DNA of 64,000 nucleotides from the human T2T-CHM13v2.0 reference genome, Homo sapiens: NCBI RefSeq assembly GCF_009914755.1, contig NC_060947.1; one strand, written 5' to 3'. The notes below the pieces were generated by a model that saw only the letters and a program-made list of their open reading frames with translations, was not told the origin of the DNA and made no database searches. Position numbers and translations under genes: made by a program. Below are positions 1 to 42,755 of the stretch, piece by piece. Each line of letters opens with the position of its first letter. Position 1 is the first letter of the stretch.

Positions 1-175
1 ATAACTCCCAAGTGGGAGAGCAAGGGTTTGAACCCAGACAATTTGGTTCCAGTGTGGGTGCCTGTACTCTGCTGACTTGCCTAGTTCTGCTGCTACTTTC
101 CACCTTGTACTTCTTTGTTGTCTAGCTTCTGCTCTCTCACTACCCCACTGAAATTGTGCCTAAAAGTCAATATGA

Positions 176-500
<325 letters not shown>

Positions 501-792
501 TAACTTTTGTACTTTTAGTAGAGACGGTTTCACTGCAGTTGCCGCAATTCAATTCTTCATTACTTCCATTCATTCAACCAACACACAATTCAGCCTTTCT
601 GTTATATTTGGCACTGTCAATTATTCTCTCCATGTGTCAGACCCTGTGGATACAATAGTGAGCAAAACAGATATGGCCTCTGCCCTTACAGAGTTTACTG
701 TCTTGGAGCTAGTCTGATATTAAATAAATAATCACACAAACTGATAAGTGCTGTTAATGAAAATTGTGGACCTTTATAAAAGGGTGACATAG

Positions 793-2057
<1,265 letters not shown>

Positions 2058-2353
2058 GTTGGTGACTTCCTGATTGATGATATGGAGGGAGCTGTAAATA
2101 TGCAGACATAACATGACTATCGCCTTTGATCATGTATTTTCATTGCCATTTAACAAAGAGCTGTGGGAAACCCATCAAGTCAAACAAATGCTGCCCATCT
2201 CCACCTTCCTCCACCTCTTATTCTAGCAGTTGTCCCTCTTGTAGGGATGAGTGGCTACACCAAAGGGGACATGGAAATGATCTTCAAGGACTATAAAGTT
2301 GTGGGCAGAAAATTCAAGGACTTGGGGGACCAGGTGGTTTTGTTTTCCTCTTA

Positions 2354-2975
<622 letters not shown>

Positions 2976-3333
2976 GTGATCCCCTAGAGATGGAATTTTA
3001 GAATAGGATTTGTTTTGTCTGGATCATGGTTTAAAATACTGGATTGCTGGGCTCTTGGCTAAGGACAGAGTTCTCTATGATAACTGGGAAAAATGTGTTT
3101 ACCGAGAGCCGTGTTGATCTGATAAAGAGAACTTTAAATTGAAAACGGAAGGGAAAGGAAAAAAGTGTCCTGATAATATTATAAAATCAATTGCTCTGGA
3201 ATGATATCAGATATGACAGCAAGAACAGTACTGGGGGAGGTGCCCATTAAGGCACAGAAGAATATATCTTGGAAAAGAGTCATAAATAGAACTTACAGCT
3301 TCAGCTGTCTTGGTATAAATACACAGCACATGC

Positions 3334-3415
3334 ATTAGTTTGAACCGTATGAAATTGCCATTATCCAACTGTTTTTGACTACAAAAATGGTGACCTCATA
3401 TGGTTCAACTTAATA
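3334..3415. mobile_element. MADE2 mariner MITE
   Basis: ~80-bp near-palindrome attagtttgaaccgtatgaaattgcc...tcatatggttcaacttaat. Confidence 0.85.
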
Positions 3416-3636
3416 TTATAGAGTGAACTTGAATTTTTAACTCATGGTGATAAATACTAGCTAAGAGGTATCACTAAGATTTGGGGGAATGAAACTTACA
3501 ACTGGAATTTGGCATTTGAAGAAGCCTAAGAAGGCGTCCTTTAGAATGGGAGATGACGTTGTGCTATATGCATAGAAATCCACAAAGGTGGGGATATAGC
3601 CCTCTACAGAGTTTTGGTGAAGTTAAAAGGAGAAAG

Positions 3637-3951
<315 letters not shown>

Positions 3952-4068
3952 TTATATAGTGTAACATACCACTGCCCTGCAAAATGGAGGAAATGGGTGA
4001 CATACTCCTGATGCACATCACAAAAATGGCACAGGGCAAGATACAGCAGCAATGAGGGACTTTGCTCA

Positions 4069-10604
<6,536 letters not shown>

Positions 10605-10901
10605 TTTTTTTTTTTCTTTTTGAAACAAAGTCTCACTCTGTCTCACAGGCTGGAGTGCAGTGGCATGATCTCAGTTCATTGCAACTTCCGTATCCCATGT
10701 TCACACGATTCTCCTGCCTCAGCCTCCCATAGCTGATATTACAGGCGCCCTCTACCATGCCCGGCTAATTTTTGTATTTTTAGTAGAGATGGGGTTTCAC
10801 TATGTTGGCCAGGCTCATCTCGAACTCCTGACCTCAGGTGATCTGCCCTCCCTGGCCTCTCAAAGTGTTGGGATTACAGGTGTGAGCCACCTCGCCTGGC
10901 C
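10605..10901 (-). mobile_element. AluS abutting the L1 5' end
   Basis: Full dimer with its tail at 10605-10621. Confidence 0.92.
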
Positions 10902-11188
10902 TAGAAATTCTTTACTTGTCTTGCTGACGATATTACCCCTCAGAACGTAAAGAAATCAACAAGAGGGACTGTTTGCTGTTTATTACCAAATTCTGACCAA
11001 TTAATGAAGAACTGATGGGTGAAGTGGAAACTTGTGGAACCATATGATGTCAGTTTGTGAGAGCATAAGGCTAGACATAGTAAGGTATTTTGCCTAAGAA
11101 TTTAAGAGGGCAGACTTCAAAGTTCAGAGAAAAGAAAGGTAGCATGAGGGAAAAGAGTGAGGACAGGTCTGATACATATGACTTAAAA

Positions 11189-15240
<4,052 letters not shown>

Positions 15241-15479
15241 TGCTTCGATGCCATGTGGTTTCTTTCCCTTCTCCTCGGCGCGGCGGGGGTCAGGGTCAGG
15301 GCCTGGTGGCAGGTTCAGCTAGAGACTCAGCTTGCTTGCTCTCTAGACTGGCGGCTCCCTTGATAAGTTGGCCAGAGTGTTCACTGGGGCTTGGGCCAAA
15401 GGGGCAGCCTCTTGGTCAGGTTGGTGAGGTTAGGGCTGGGGAGACAACCAAAATGAGTAGGAGATTGGGATCATACAGA

Positions 15480-17952
<2,473 letters not shown>

Positions 17953-18281
17953 TGGAATAAGTTCTGTTAGAAACTGGGCAACAGATTCTCAAGGATGTTA
18001 GAGAGAGATTTCATGAATCAGATAAATGCTGGCCCTGGTGACCACTAAGGTCCTTCCAAATAAGAGTCTGGGATTCTTTGATATCTTCAGGGATTAGGAA
18101 TTTGAGCACTTTGGGAATAAAATGCAATCTGTGTTGAACTGGGATGAACATTCTCTTTTGTTCAGATGGGGCATAAACCATCTTGCTCTCACATGGTCTA
18201 TTTCAATATCATCCTTAGCACTTTGGAAAATTCATTTGTCCCCCAGAAATGAGCTGGTCACCAAGGTAAATTCAGCATGCT

Positions 18282-18421
18282 TTTATTTTAGAAAGTTTAT
18301 TCAACAACATGAAAACAGGGTCTGAGCAAACAGAAACAAAAGCTCAAGAGAAACTCTGGCAAAAATTTAAACAGTCAGCATCTCGGGACAATGTATCTTC
18401 TTCATGTGGCCATGAGCTTGC
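18282..18421 (-). terminator. TEX11: TEX11 3'UTR with two AATAAA polyadenylation signals
   Basis: tttatt on + at 18296-18301 and 18282-18287, about 120-140 nt after the stop codon. The exact cleavage site cannot be seen. Confidence 0.75.
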
Positions 18422-18607
<186 letters not shown>

Positions 18608-19161
18608 TTACCTTCGGAGATCTGAAGCATCTCAGATTTGGGGAGAAAATACAGTCCTCTCTTGAGGAAAAGGAATCCCCTATTATAAGGGAGAAGATAC
18701 TTAACTATAAAATATCCTTTGCTCTTATTTGGTAACAAGGCTTTTTCTCTACCAAACCTCTCCTGGTTAGCCAATGGCCCAGAACTCTGCAACTGAGAAT
18801 AGTTCCTGGAGAAAATGCCTTTTTCAACAGTTATTGCTTTGAGCAGAGGCCAGTCCTTTCCCACATGCACTGGCACTGACAGTGATGCATCTTTCCAGAG
18901 CTCACTCTTGGCATTCCTCTTAATTAGATTCCATTTGCTATCCTTAAATTTCCCCCTGTTCTCTGTCCTTCTTGGTTTTTGCTCTAAGGAATTACTGTTT
19001 ATGGTCTCCTGATTCTTGAAGTTATGTGGAACCATTGAGAGGAACAATGAGCAAGATCCTTTCCTAGCCAAGGAGGATGGGGTTGAGTCCTTGTGGAGAG
19101 CCCAGCCATAACCTCTTGCCCCCTAGGTCATGTCATCTGCCCTAGCCCTCTCCCTCCTTAC

Positions 19162-19326
19162 CTGAGTTTCATAGCTTTCCTTGAAGGAGGTAAGGTGGTT
19201 AAGGAAACGCAAGGCCAGGCCACACCACTTTTCAGCAGATGCATACTTGCTCCTGCTAAACATAAGTACTCCGGTATTCCAGGACTTGACCATCAGCCAG
19301 AGAATCTCCATTTCTGGGTAGTCTTT
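19162..19326 (-). CDS. TEX11: TEX11 penultimate exon ([19 protein letters not shown]...FKESYETQ, 55 codons)
   Basis: Acceptor ggatttcag|AAAGAC and donor CAG|gtaagg. 165 bp, phase 0-0, inside ORF 19123..19653. Confidence 0.96.
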
Positions 19327-20884
19327 CTGAAATCCAAGAACAGAAATTTTGCAGTTATTACTGTCACAGTTCATTGTGGCACTACCTGTATCCATGCTAT
19401 GTCCCTTTATTACTAAACAAACAATAGGAGCTCTGCTGATGTTTAGGAAGGTCTGTGCTCCTGGAGAGTGCAGGAGGAGAGCACTTTGAAGGTTTGTCAG
19501 CTGTAGAATGTTCCATAGCAAGATCTCATGAAGAGACGTAAACCGAGGTCCTCTCTGACTGAAGGAAAGAATTAGAAAGATTCCTAATCTTCCTGAGGCA
19601 CGAGAAAAACTTGCATACTGTTTGGGGCTTCCCTTGATTCTGTCTTCAGTCAATTACCTCCCTAATACCTACCTCTACTTTTCGGATAAGGTTGTCAAGA
19701 AGCAGTTTTATTGAATTTCTTAATTTCTGTCACCAGAATTAGTCCATATTTGGAGTAGAAATTATATTCATCTTCAGAGTTAACGATATCTACCTAGCTA
19801 TGAACACAGCACACATTTCTAAGATGGTCCCTTAGCCTTATCAGTGGTCTTTAACATGACTAATCACAAGATTATATTTGCTTCTTCACAATACTTTGCA
19901 ATAGTGAAAAGTATTAGTCTAAGAAGCTACTTTCTTGGTTCTTGCATAGGAGATGGAACACAAAGAAAGCATTCATGTTAAAGCCCCAGAAGGGAGAAAT
20001 GTGATAGGAGACACATTAGGCAGCAGCTTTTTGAGAGTGTCAAGAATGCTGTCTCAGCTGTCATCCTTTCATTCATTTGGATCCAAAAAGAAATTACTAT
20101 ACATAAAACACTGTGATAATGAGGGCACTAAGAGGGAAAAGACAAAACTTTTATCCTAAAGGTTGTGCAATGCTTTTGGGGACACAAGGCATCCACATGT
20201 AAAGACGACTTCACAAGGTATGTGATTAAGAGACACAAACATTAGGTGCTCTCATTCAGTTAAAGAAATGAGCACTAGGATATTCCAGTCAGAGGCGGTC
20301 TAGTCTCTGCTTGAAACACTACTCCTCATCCTTGTCCACTTCATAGACTTATACTTTTTCTTCAAATTCACAAGAACAGTTAGTTGTCTGTTCCCACAGT
20401 GAGCTTTCCATTCCTCTAATATAACTTATGTTATATTGTTTTGAAATGCTATGTATTTATCTCCTCCAGACTATTGAGTTCCTTGAGGTACAGGGAATTT
20501 TTCCTGTGCATTTTTGTATCTTCAGAGTCCAGCACTGTGCCTGGCACATAAGAGGCACAACAGATGTTTGCTGAATGAATGAATGAACAAATGAATCAAT
20601 ATCCAGTCAGATGCCACCTCCTCAGTGAGGATTTCCCTGGCTCTCCACAATTTCTTGCTCAAACCTCTTTGCCCCTCTGCTACTTTGTTCACAGCACCAT
20701 AATAGTACTTTGAACACTGTACTGCCTGTCTCCCCCACTAGGCAGGGAGCCCCTTGAAGGTAAAATGACATTTGCCTTTGCTTGGCACAGTGTCTGATAC
20801 AGGGTATGAGTGTTGTGATTTGAATGTTGTGAATGAAAAAAATGACTTAAACAAACAAACAAACATGATCTTAGGGTAGATGAG

Positions 20885-21155
20885 TAGGATCTACATATAC
20901 AGAGATTATATGAAATGTGCAGAATAGGCAAAGCCATAGAGACAGAAAGGAGATTTGTGGTTGCCAGGGGCTGGGGAAGGGAGGTATGGGGAAGGACTGC
21001 TAATGGGTATAGAGTTTCTTTTGGGGATGATGAAAATGTTCTAGAATTAGATAATGGTGATGGTTGCACAATCTTTTGAATATACTATAACTCACTGAAC
21101 TGTATACCTTAATGTGAGTTTTATGATATATGAACTAAATCTCAATTAAAAAGAA
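20885..21155 (+). mobile_element. L1MB/MC 3' end
   Basis: ccatagagacagaaag...gtggttgccaggggctgggg...gatggttgcacaatc. Confidence 0.8.
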
Positions 21156-21339
21156 AAATATAGATATTCAGAGAAAGAGAAGGGCATTCCATGTGGGTAG
21201 AACAGAATAAATGAAGACTTGGATTGTACTTGAGAACAAGCATGTCTTAGGAAGACCAAGAGTTCTTTGGCCTAAGCAGACGATTTATGTAGAGGAGTTA
21301 ACGGGAAATAAGACTGGAAATGTAGGATGGGGCTTCCTA

Positions 21340-21562
21340 AGCCTTTCCTCAATGTTCTTCCTCAGAACACTAGTGTCATGAGAAATGTTAACAGATGGTC
21401 TATGAAAATAGAGTTCTTTAGTCAAATACATTTTGGAAATGCCGCATTCTATATATCACCCTTTTGGAGCATTATAATGCACACTAGTTCACTGAAAGTT
21501 TAGGGAAGTTTTACAGTAAAGAAACCATGGAACTTTGTCTAATCCAGGGTATGTGGAACGTT
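21340..21562. mobile_element. hAT-Charlie non-autonomous element (MER112-like)
   Basis: gaacactagtgtc...gtcaaatacattttggaaatgc...cagtaaagaaacc motif. Confidence 0.55.
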
Positions 21563-21780
21563 TGCTAACATCTTGTGGGCTGGAGTGTTAAGGGTTTTTG
21601 CATTACAGGCTTCAGATTTTGAAATTTATCCTGCTGGCAACGGGAAGGCACTGAAACTTTTTGAGAAGGAGAGTGATATGATGAAAGTGTAGTTTTAATA
21701 AGATAGAAATGCCAGTGGTGTTTAGAACAGACCTCCGTGTGGGAAAACACAGACAGGGAGACGTGTTTAAAGGGAGTTAT

Positions 21781-26290
<4,510 letters not shown>

Positions 26291-26814
26291 GCATTCTTGA
26301 AAGCAGAATGGAACCATCTGTAGGCAGAGAGTAAAAATGATGGACAGGCAGTAAAATGCCTCAGGAAGTAGAAGGGGATTGAACTGACAGTGCAAGGTTG
26401 AGAAAATTTCTTTTGAAAAAAGAGGAAAGGTGAGTAGGTAGGTACAGTGGTAGAATGTTATGGTTGAGACATGGGCCAATGAGGGATCTCATATGTGATG
26501 CCCTTGATCTTCTCAACTGAAATGATATGATGAGATCATCTAATGGGGAATGAGGTAGGTCTAAGTTTTTACGAGATTAGAAAAGGTTTGAAGCAGCCAC
26601 TTTACTTGAGTTTGCCAAAAAGTTGACAAGAATAAAAGAATTTCTGAGCAGCAATGAGAACCCACTGAAAGCTTAACAGAATGAATCTGTACTGGGCCAG
26701 ATCTAGATGGTTCTGTAACTTTCTTTAGTGCTTCTGCTGCTCAAGATCAGGAGCAGAAGAACTGATGGTGGCAAGGTACCAGGTTTGGAAAAAAATGAAA
26801 CAGCAGGAATAATC

Positions 26815-26938
26815 AAAAGAAGAGAGAAAGAGAGAAGGAAGGGGAGGAAAGAAGGGAGGGAAGAAGGAAGGAAGCAAATAAAGAAATAAAGAAAAGAGAA
26901 AGAAAGAAAGGAAAAGAAAGAGAAAAAGAAAAAAAAGG
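26815..26938. repeat. Purine-rich (GA) low-complexity tract
   Basis: About 120 bp, almost entirely A/G. Confidence 0.9.
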
Positions 26939-28308
26939 TAGTTAGACTGGACTATAATAGAGTGGGAAAAGACGAGTGATTTGAAGTTCAAGTGAGAACA
27001 GAGAATAGATATGGGGAAGTAAGGGAGATTAGACTCAATAGAAAAGTGTTGCGTTAGTTACCAATCTTGAAGATGGAGCAGTGCCACAGTGGGTGGCTTA
27101 TATGGGAGGTAGACAGTGGCTAAAAAGTGAAAAACGGAAACTGTGAGGTACAAGAATTGCTAACATGGATGCCAAAGTCACTTAGGATAATAAATAACAA
27201 TGAAGTTACCAAGGAAGGAAAAGGTGGGTCCAGGACATGACAACATTGGTGATGAAGAGATATAGGTTTTAAGTGAAGAGAAGCCGTAGGAAGGTGGTAT
27301 ATAAATAGTACAAAGTGCCACCATGGAGCAAAGATCCAGGTAATTTAGTCCCTTCTGCTGAGAAAAAGGGAGTTGGAAAAGATGAGACCTCCATAAAAAT
27401 TCGTAGTGAGGGACACGTTTTCTTCAGGGAAGATTCTGCTTTGTTCTAAGAAGAAGGGAGAGAAGGAGGTGAAGGTTGATGATAAAGAGAATATTGACTA
27501 TTGCCTGGGAAAAACTCTGTCTTGTTTTGGGGGTTGAATGAGGTTATGGATAGATAGCCTTAAGGGTCTAGGTAAGGATTTGGGAAATACAGAGTTGTTA
27601 AAAGATTTGAGGGAAAGGGAGTGATAGAGCAAAAGTTGTGTTTTACGGAGATATATTTGATAGGGATGAACAGGAAAAAATGGAGAAGAGAAGAAAGAGC
27701 CAGAGACCAATTAGGAAACTACAAAGCTGTAGGAGAGACACAATATCAAAGTCTGACTCAAAGATGGCTTTGTATGAACCTCAATTCCAGTCTCAGGGAG
27801 ACGTGAGGCTTGGAAGGAGGAAGATTTAGATGAAAGAAGGCTGGGTGCAGGGGCTCACACCTGTAATCCCAGCACTTTGAGAGGACATGGCAGGAGGATT
27901 GCTTGAGCCCAGGAATTTGAGACCAGCCTGGGCAACATAGTAAGACCTCCTCTCAATTAAAAAAATTTTATTAAAAAATAGATGAAAGAAAACCCAAGGA
28001 CCATTGTCCTATGAAGAAATAACACGGCTGCAATTTTTAGCTTTGCCATTATATAGTGGTATGACCTTGTGTCAGATATTTAACCTTTCAATGCCTCAAT
28101 TTGCAAAATAATGAGCTTAAATTAGGTAACTGCAAAGATCATTAGTTTCCAGTTCTAAATTTTCTCAGTCATTGAATGAAGCTTTACCTTATATTTCCTT
28201 TAGATCCCAATTGCCTAATCTATGAACTTATATAAGATTGGCAGAAGTAGGAACTGAGATGAAATTGAACAAGTAGAAGGCCAAACAAGAGACAAAAGAT
28301 ACTGATAA

Positions 28309-28783
<475 letters not shown>

Positions 28784-28984
28784 AGAATGTAGCTCAGTAG
28801 TTTGAATCACCTTAGCTTCCCTTGTAAAAGGAAAGAGTCTGTGTTCTTCTGGGCTTCTTGGTTACAAAACGCCTTTGTGACTCTGTGACTCTGACATCAG
28901 CTGTGAGGATTAGGTTTGTCCCTTCTCTTTAAGTGTAGGTTTCCCCCCCACCATTATTTAAGTCTTTGTATATTCTTAAAAATG

Positions 28985-31200
<2,216 letters not shown>

Positions 31201-31418
31201 AAAACTTGAACAATCGACTTCTTCTTAAAAATTATCTAGAATATGAACCTACATAGGTTGATAGGTTTGTCTGCTTAAGCCTGGGAGTCATCTCCCTGCT
31301 TTTTCATTACCACTAGCTTCTAAATATCAACTTGAGCTTCTCCTTTAAACTAAAATTTCCTAGCAAAAACTGGTAAAGAAGCCACGCACCTCCAGTGGAA
31401 ACAGCCCTGTAGTTGATG

Positions 31419-31781
31419 TGCAACGGACTGAATGTTTGTGTCCCCTCAAAATTAGTATGTTAAAATCCTAACCTCCAAGGTGATGATATTAGGAGGTGGG
31501 GCTGTTGGGAGGTGATAAGGTCATAAGAGGAGTGCTCTCATGAATAGGATTAGTGCCCTTATAAAAGAGACCCTAGAGAGATCCTTTACCCCTTCTGCCA
31601 TGTGAGCTTACAGTCAGAAAGGACCGTCTATGGGGAAGCAGACCCTCACTGGACACTGAATCTGCCAGTGTCTTGATTTTGGACTTTCTATCCTCCCAAA
31701 CTGTGAGAAATAAATTTCTGTTATTTATGATCCACCCACTCTATGGTATTTTTGTTATAGCAGCCCGAATTGACTAAGACA
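31419..31781 (+). mobile_element. MLT1A-type MaLR solo LTR inserted in a MIR
   Basis: tg...ggactgaatgtttgtgtcccctcaaa...ttagtgcccttataaaagag...tgttatagcagcccgaattgactaagaca. Confidence 0.85.
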
Positions 31782-32415
31782 GGAGCTCAGAAGACCTGCA
31801 TTCTAGTCCTGACTCTCACTCATTAGTCATGAATGACCTTAGGTAAATTGGTTACTTGACTTTTTGAATCTTAAAATTCCCTCATTGATAAATTAGGGAT
31901 AACAATAGCAGCATTGTCTACTTCTATAATTGCTGTTGGAGGTTGTACGAGAGAGTGGACGTAAGAGTACTCTGCTCAGTCTAAAGCATAATATTGTGAG
32001 GCATGAGGTTTTATATTTGTATGATAGCCATTTTGCCAGTGTGTGGAGGCACTTGATAAAGGTTATCTGCTCAGTGAATAATGAATGAGTGACTGGTCAT
32101 TAAAAAAGTCAGTCAAACAAAGGCAGAATTTTGTCCCAAGCATTTGAAACAAAGGAGATGCACGGCACATTCAATCAAATAGGATAAAGCAACATATATA
32201 ATATAAAGAGCCAAGAGGGTTATTAAATTAATCACTGCAGGCTGGGCGCGGTGGCTCACGCCTGTAATCCCAGCACTTTGGGAGGCCGAGGTGGGCGGAT
32301 CACAAGGTCAGGAGATCAAGACCATCCTGGCTAATACGGTGAAACCCCGTCTCTACTAAAAATGCAAAAAAATTAGCCGGGTGTGGTGGCGGGTGCCTGT
32401 AGTCCCAGCTACTCA

Positions 32416-32565
<150 letters not shown>

Positions 32566-33090
32566 TTAAAAAATAAATTAATCACTGCATTAAAAAGCTA
32601 ACTATCCAGTCATGTTTCAGGGGATGAGCAATAAATGGATGGGAAACTCATGAGAAAAGTAGAAAAACATTAAGCTCTCTAACAGGTAACCCAAGAGCCA
32701 GAGAATTGGAACTGCAATATATTGGACAGAATGAAAGTGGCAAAAACAAAATGCACAGAGAAATTTTGGCCTTATAGAGAGACTATGGAAATTGATCAAC
32801 TTGGAGTTATAGTACAATCTAATTTCAGTTTGTATTGGTCACTATGGCAAACACACCTGAAAGGTCCAGATGAGGCTCATGGCTTAGAAATAGAATTTCC
32901 TATTCATCCGAGAAGACAGTAAAATAAATAATCCAAATGTCCAATGTTGAAGTTTTTATTTTTAAACTTAAATTCACACAGGCCATAATTACACATCTCC
33001 AGGAGAATTCTAGGCTTTGGTAAGTCAATGCTAGTTTGTATCAGATTGTCACCCTGCTATAATGTTCCACCATCTGTTGTGATTTGCAGA

Positions 33091-35235
<2,145 letters not shown>

Positions 35236-36641
35236 TATTTATATATTAAGAAGTAGTTGAGTCAAGAGCAGTCAGGATCCTCAGATATTAACATGGACTC
35301 AAATAATGACTTTCTGTGTAACTTTAAGCAAGGCATGTAGTGTTCTTAACGTTTTATAGCTCTCTTATAATAACAATACTGCCTTACATGTGTACAAGCT
35401 GTTAAAGTTTACAAAACATACATTATTTTCATTGATCCTTACAACCCCAGTGTGGGAGAGTCAGATCAGGTATTATTCCCACTTTACAAATGTGAAAACT
35501 GAAGTCAAACAGCAGAGGAGTGATATTAATATGCAACAGCAAACAAACAAAACATCATTTAGACCCTACCTCACACTATAACAAAATTTAAAATGAATCA
35601 TAGAGCTACATGTCAGAGATAAAAGTATAAAACTTCTACAGAAACACGTAGGAAAAAATCTTTGTAAACGTGGGTTGGGCAAAGATTTCTCAGCATGACC
35701 AAAACACTACCCACAAAAGAAAAAATTGATAGATTGGACTTCATCAAAATTAAAAACTTTGGCTCTTCAAATGATACCCTTAAGAAAATGAAAAAACAAG
35801 CCAGAGACTAGGAGAAAATACTTACAAATCATATATCTGGTAAAGGACTTGTATCCAGAATATATAAAGAGCTCTTATAACTCAATAAAAAATTCCATTT
35901 TAAAAATGGGAAAATAATTGAATAGACATTTATCCAAACACAATACACGAACAGTCAATAAGTACATGAAAAAATGATCATCATCATTAGCCATCAAGGA
36001 AATATAAATCAAAACCACAATGGCTATAACAAAAAAAAGAAAAGATGAACAATAGCAAGTGTTGAGAATGTAGAGAAGCTGGAATCCTCATACACCGCTA
36101 GTGAAAATGTAAAATGGTATGGCCACTTTGGCAAACAGACTGCAGCTCCTCCAAAAGTTAAACATAGATTTACCTGATGACCCAACAATTCCATTCCTAG
36201 GTATATATTCAAGAGAATTAAACACATATGCTCACAAAAACACTTGCACATGAATATTTATAGTAGCATTATTCATGATAGCCAAAAAGTGGAAACAACT
36301 CAAATATCTATGAACTGATGAACAGATAAACAAAGTGTGTTATATCCATTCCCTAGAATATTATTCAGCAAAAAAAAAAAAAAAAAAAAAAAAGGAATGG
36401 AATACTGATAATGCTACAACATGGACGAACCTCAAAAACGTTATGCTCAATGAAATAAGCCAGACACAAGAGGCCACGTATTATATAATTTCATTTATAT
36501 GATGTGTCCAGAAAGAGAAAATCTACAGAGACAGAAAGCGGATCTGTGGTTGCCTGGAGCTGAAGGTGGGAGCAAGAATTGTCTGCAAATGGGCAAGGGG
36601 AAAATTTCTAGGGTAATGGAAATGTTCTAAAACTGGATTGT

Positions 36642-40913
<4,272 letters not shown>

Positions 40914-41421
40914 ACTGGATTGTAGTGATAGTTGCACAACTCTATAAATTTACTGAATTGTGCACAAGCCATGGGTGAATTTTATGATATGTGAATTATA
41001 CCTCAAGAAACCTAATTTTAAAACAACTGAATAAACCTGCACAGAAAAGAAAAAGAAATCAGCAGAGGAGGGACTAGAATACAGGTCTTCAATGTTCCTT
41101 CTACTCTTCTGAGAAAGGATGCTTCTGAGAAAGGATGGGAATAGCAATAACTTTTTTCAAAAGGTTCATATCATCACAGAGAAAGTAATCATCCCACCAT
41201 GATTTGAAAATATAAAATAATTCAAAATGCCTGGTGGTACTGCTACTTGGACCTAATCCATAATACACTTGTGTTAGAAAATGTCTACTTTCAACTATTT
41301 ATATTTCAGAAACCCAGGAAAATTCTGTAGTGTGTAACTACAAAATTGTAATATGAATTTATCCTAAAACTCATATCAGAAAGCATTATTGTATATAATT
41401 TATAGTACGCAAGACAGTTCA

Positions 41422-41667
<246 letters not shown>

Positions 41668-42646
41668 TCATCCCAGACTAACAGCTTCAAAACACTTCTG
41701 TTCTTCCCTCGGTTTTATCTGGCCTCCAACCTCAGAAGACAGATTTTTGAAGCTGTAAAACAGGTTGACCAATCCTTTCTTTTTTCATGCCTATGGTTGT
41801 CTTTCATTCTTTTTTTAGTTTCCTGCACGAAGGAGTTGTGGCTGTCTATTATATTTTATGAGCTGGTTCAATTTACAGGCATTTTAAAGCATCTCGGTAC
41901 TTCCTCAAATGGGCAAGGGAACTGGGGTTTAAAGTGGAATGATTCCACAAGAACTGTCTTTCGTGCCTTAACACAGGAAGACTGTAATGATGTTTTCCAG
42001 ACAAAAAAAGTCACACAACATCTATTTTTCCCCATGTCTGGACACAGAAAACAAAAAAGTCTCCAATAGATAATATTTTATACAGCACTTATCGGTGCTT
42101 AAAGTGCTTAGAAAAATAATGAGGCAAACATAGCAAGATGTTAACATTTGTTAAATCTGGGTGCTGCGTGCCTGTAATCCCAGCTACTCATGAAGCTGAG
42201 GTGGAGAATCATTTGAGCCCAGGAGTTTGAATCCAGCCTGGGCAACATCACGAGACCCCATCTCTAAAAATAAAACAAATAAATCTGGGTGGTGGATACG
42301 TTGGTGTTTGTTATATTAACCCCTGTGCTTTTCTGTACATTTGGAATATTATTTAGTGATGAAACAAAGAAAGAAAGGTACTTAGCAGTTTTATTATATA
42401 CACAGATTCACACAAAGAAGCAACTTTTCCCCTTTTTTTTCTCCTTTGGGAAAACCAAGCTCCTTGACTTTGCTAAATAATTATTGGTCTGTAATACAAC
42501 TCTCAGTATGGAGCTGTTCACAAGAATGCCCCCAGATCATCCCCATATCATCTTTAAAGTTGAGTCAATTAAGAACGATTGGTTACTTTTGAGGCATTGA
42601 CTATAGTTCTTTTGGCTAGCAAAAAGGCTGGATTGTATTTACTAAC

Positions 42647-42755
42647 CTGTATTGTGATATATCAATTGGTTCTTCCTTTTTGTAGAGCAATAAAGCCTTT
42701 TTCAAGGCCTTGAGAGCAATCAAAGGATAGTGTGCAGGCTTTTCCATTGCTATTA
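42647..42755 (-). CDS. TEX11: TEX11 exon ((I)[35 protein letters not shown](S))
   Basis: Translated by hand because it is too short for the ORF track. Acceptor cttttcttactctag|TA and donor AG|gttagt. 109 bp, phase 1-2, joins both neighbours in frame. Confidence 0.95.

Noticed and set aside
26725-26991. Phe/Leu-rich ORF resembling a membrane protein
   Set aside because: It is an artefact of the GA-rich low-complexity tract.
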